Below, one piece after another: positions 63,993 through 64,000 of a DNA stretch of 64,000 nucleotides. Numbering within the stretch: the first letter of the stretch is position 1; each line of letters starts with the position of its first letter. The notes under the pieces are model-generated. The model worked only from the letters and a program-made list of their open reading frames with translations. It did no database searches and was not told where the DNA came from. This DNA comes from Candidatus Omnitrophota bacterium (GTDB lineage: Bacteria > Omnitrophota > Gorgyraeia > Duberdicusellales > Duberdicusellaceae), in contig JAGGSQ010000069.1 in the NCBI GenBank assembly GCA_021159015.1, positions 1,332 to 65,331 on the forward strand. The letters are read 5' to 3'. A program made the position numbers and the translations under genes.

Positions 63993-64000
63993 ATCGTTCA

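Noticed and set aside
1-64000. Mobile elements, prophage, rRNA
   Set aside because: No integrase, transposase, recombinase, phage structural motifs or rRNA-like conserved sequence seen. The tRNA-adjacent repeats carry no recognisable mobility genes.

Overview
This 64-kb segment has the hallmarks of a low-GC (~40%) bacterial chromosome. Coding is dense, about 85% of genes sit on the minus strand, and many adjacent genes overlap by 4-25 nt, which suggests long operons. I found no rRNA, CRISPR array, transposase or integrase. Three tRNAs are present on the minus strand: tRNA-Thr(CGU), tRNA-Leu(GAG) and tRNA-Glu(CUC).

Recognisable housekeeping blocks:
- A complete rnfCDGEAB electron-transport operon.
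- purN and purH.
- A folE-mnmE-folC-mutT cluster.
- A gcvT-gcvH-gcvPA-gcvPB-lplA-lipA glycine-cleavage and lipoylation operon.
- era.
- An aminotransferase with an Lrp-family regulator.
- An NfeD/stomatin pair.

The most interesting region is 25.7-38.3 kb, a roughly 12.5-kb string of co-directional genes:
- an acyl-CoA ligase;
- a B12-binding radical-SAM enzyme;
- a DeoD-type nucleoside phosphorylase;
- an MtnA/DrdI-like isomerase;
- a truncated isomerase-like paralog;
- a class-II aldolase fused to an SCP2 lipid-carrier domain;
- an MMPL/RND exporter;
- a LolA-like periplasmic protein;
- an outer-membrane beta-barrel;
- an aldehyde dehydrogenase.

I read this string as two coupled modules. 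One is a DHAP-shunt-like disposal route for 5'-deoxyadenosine (the radical-SAM by-product) or MTA. The other is a lipid or hydrophobic-molecule modification and export machine.

Other oddities:
- An EF-G paralog translationally coupled to a YchF homolog that has lost its GTPase motifs.
- Two tandem paralogous mini membrane proteins.
- An HD-GYP protein coupled to a 663-aa protein of unknown function.
- A PilZ-like, coiled-coil, alpha/alpha-barrel-like multidomain protein.
- A bacterial PAC2-family protein.
- A tandem array of ~120-bp repeats that reiterate the 5' end of tRNA-Leu.
- A frameshifted oxidoreductase at the window edge.

All calls come from reading motifs in the supplied translations and the raw sequence. 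No database search was possible.
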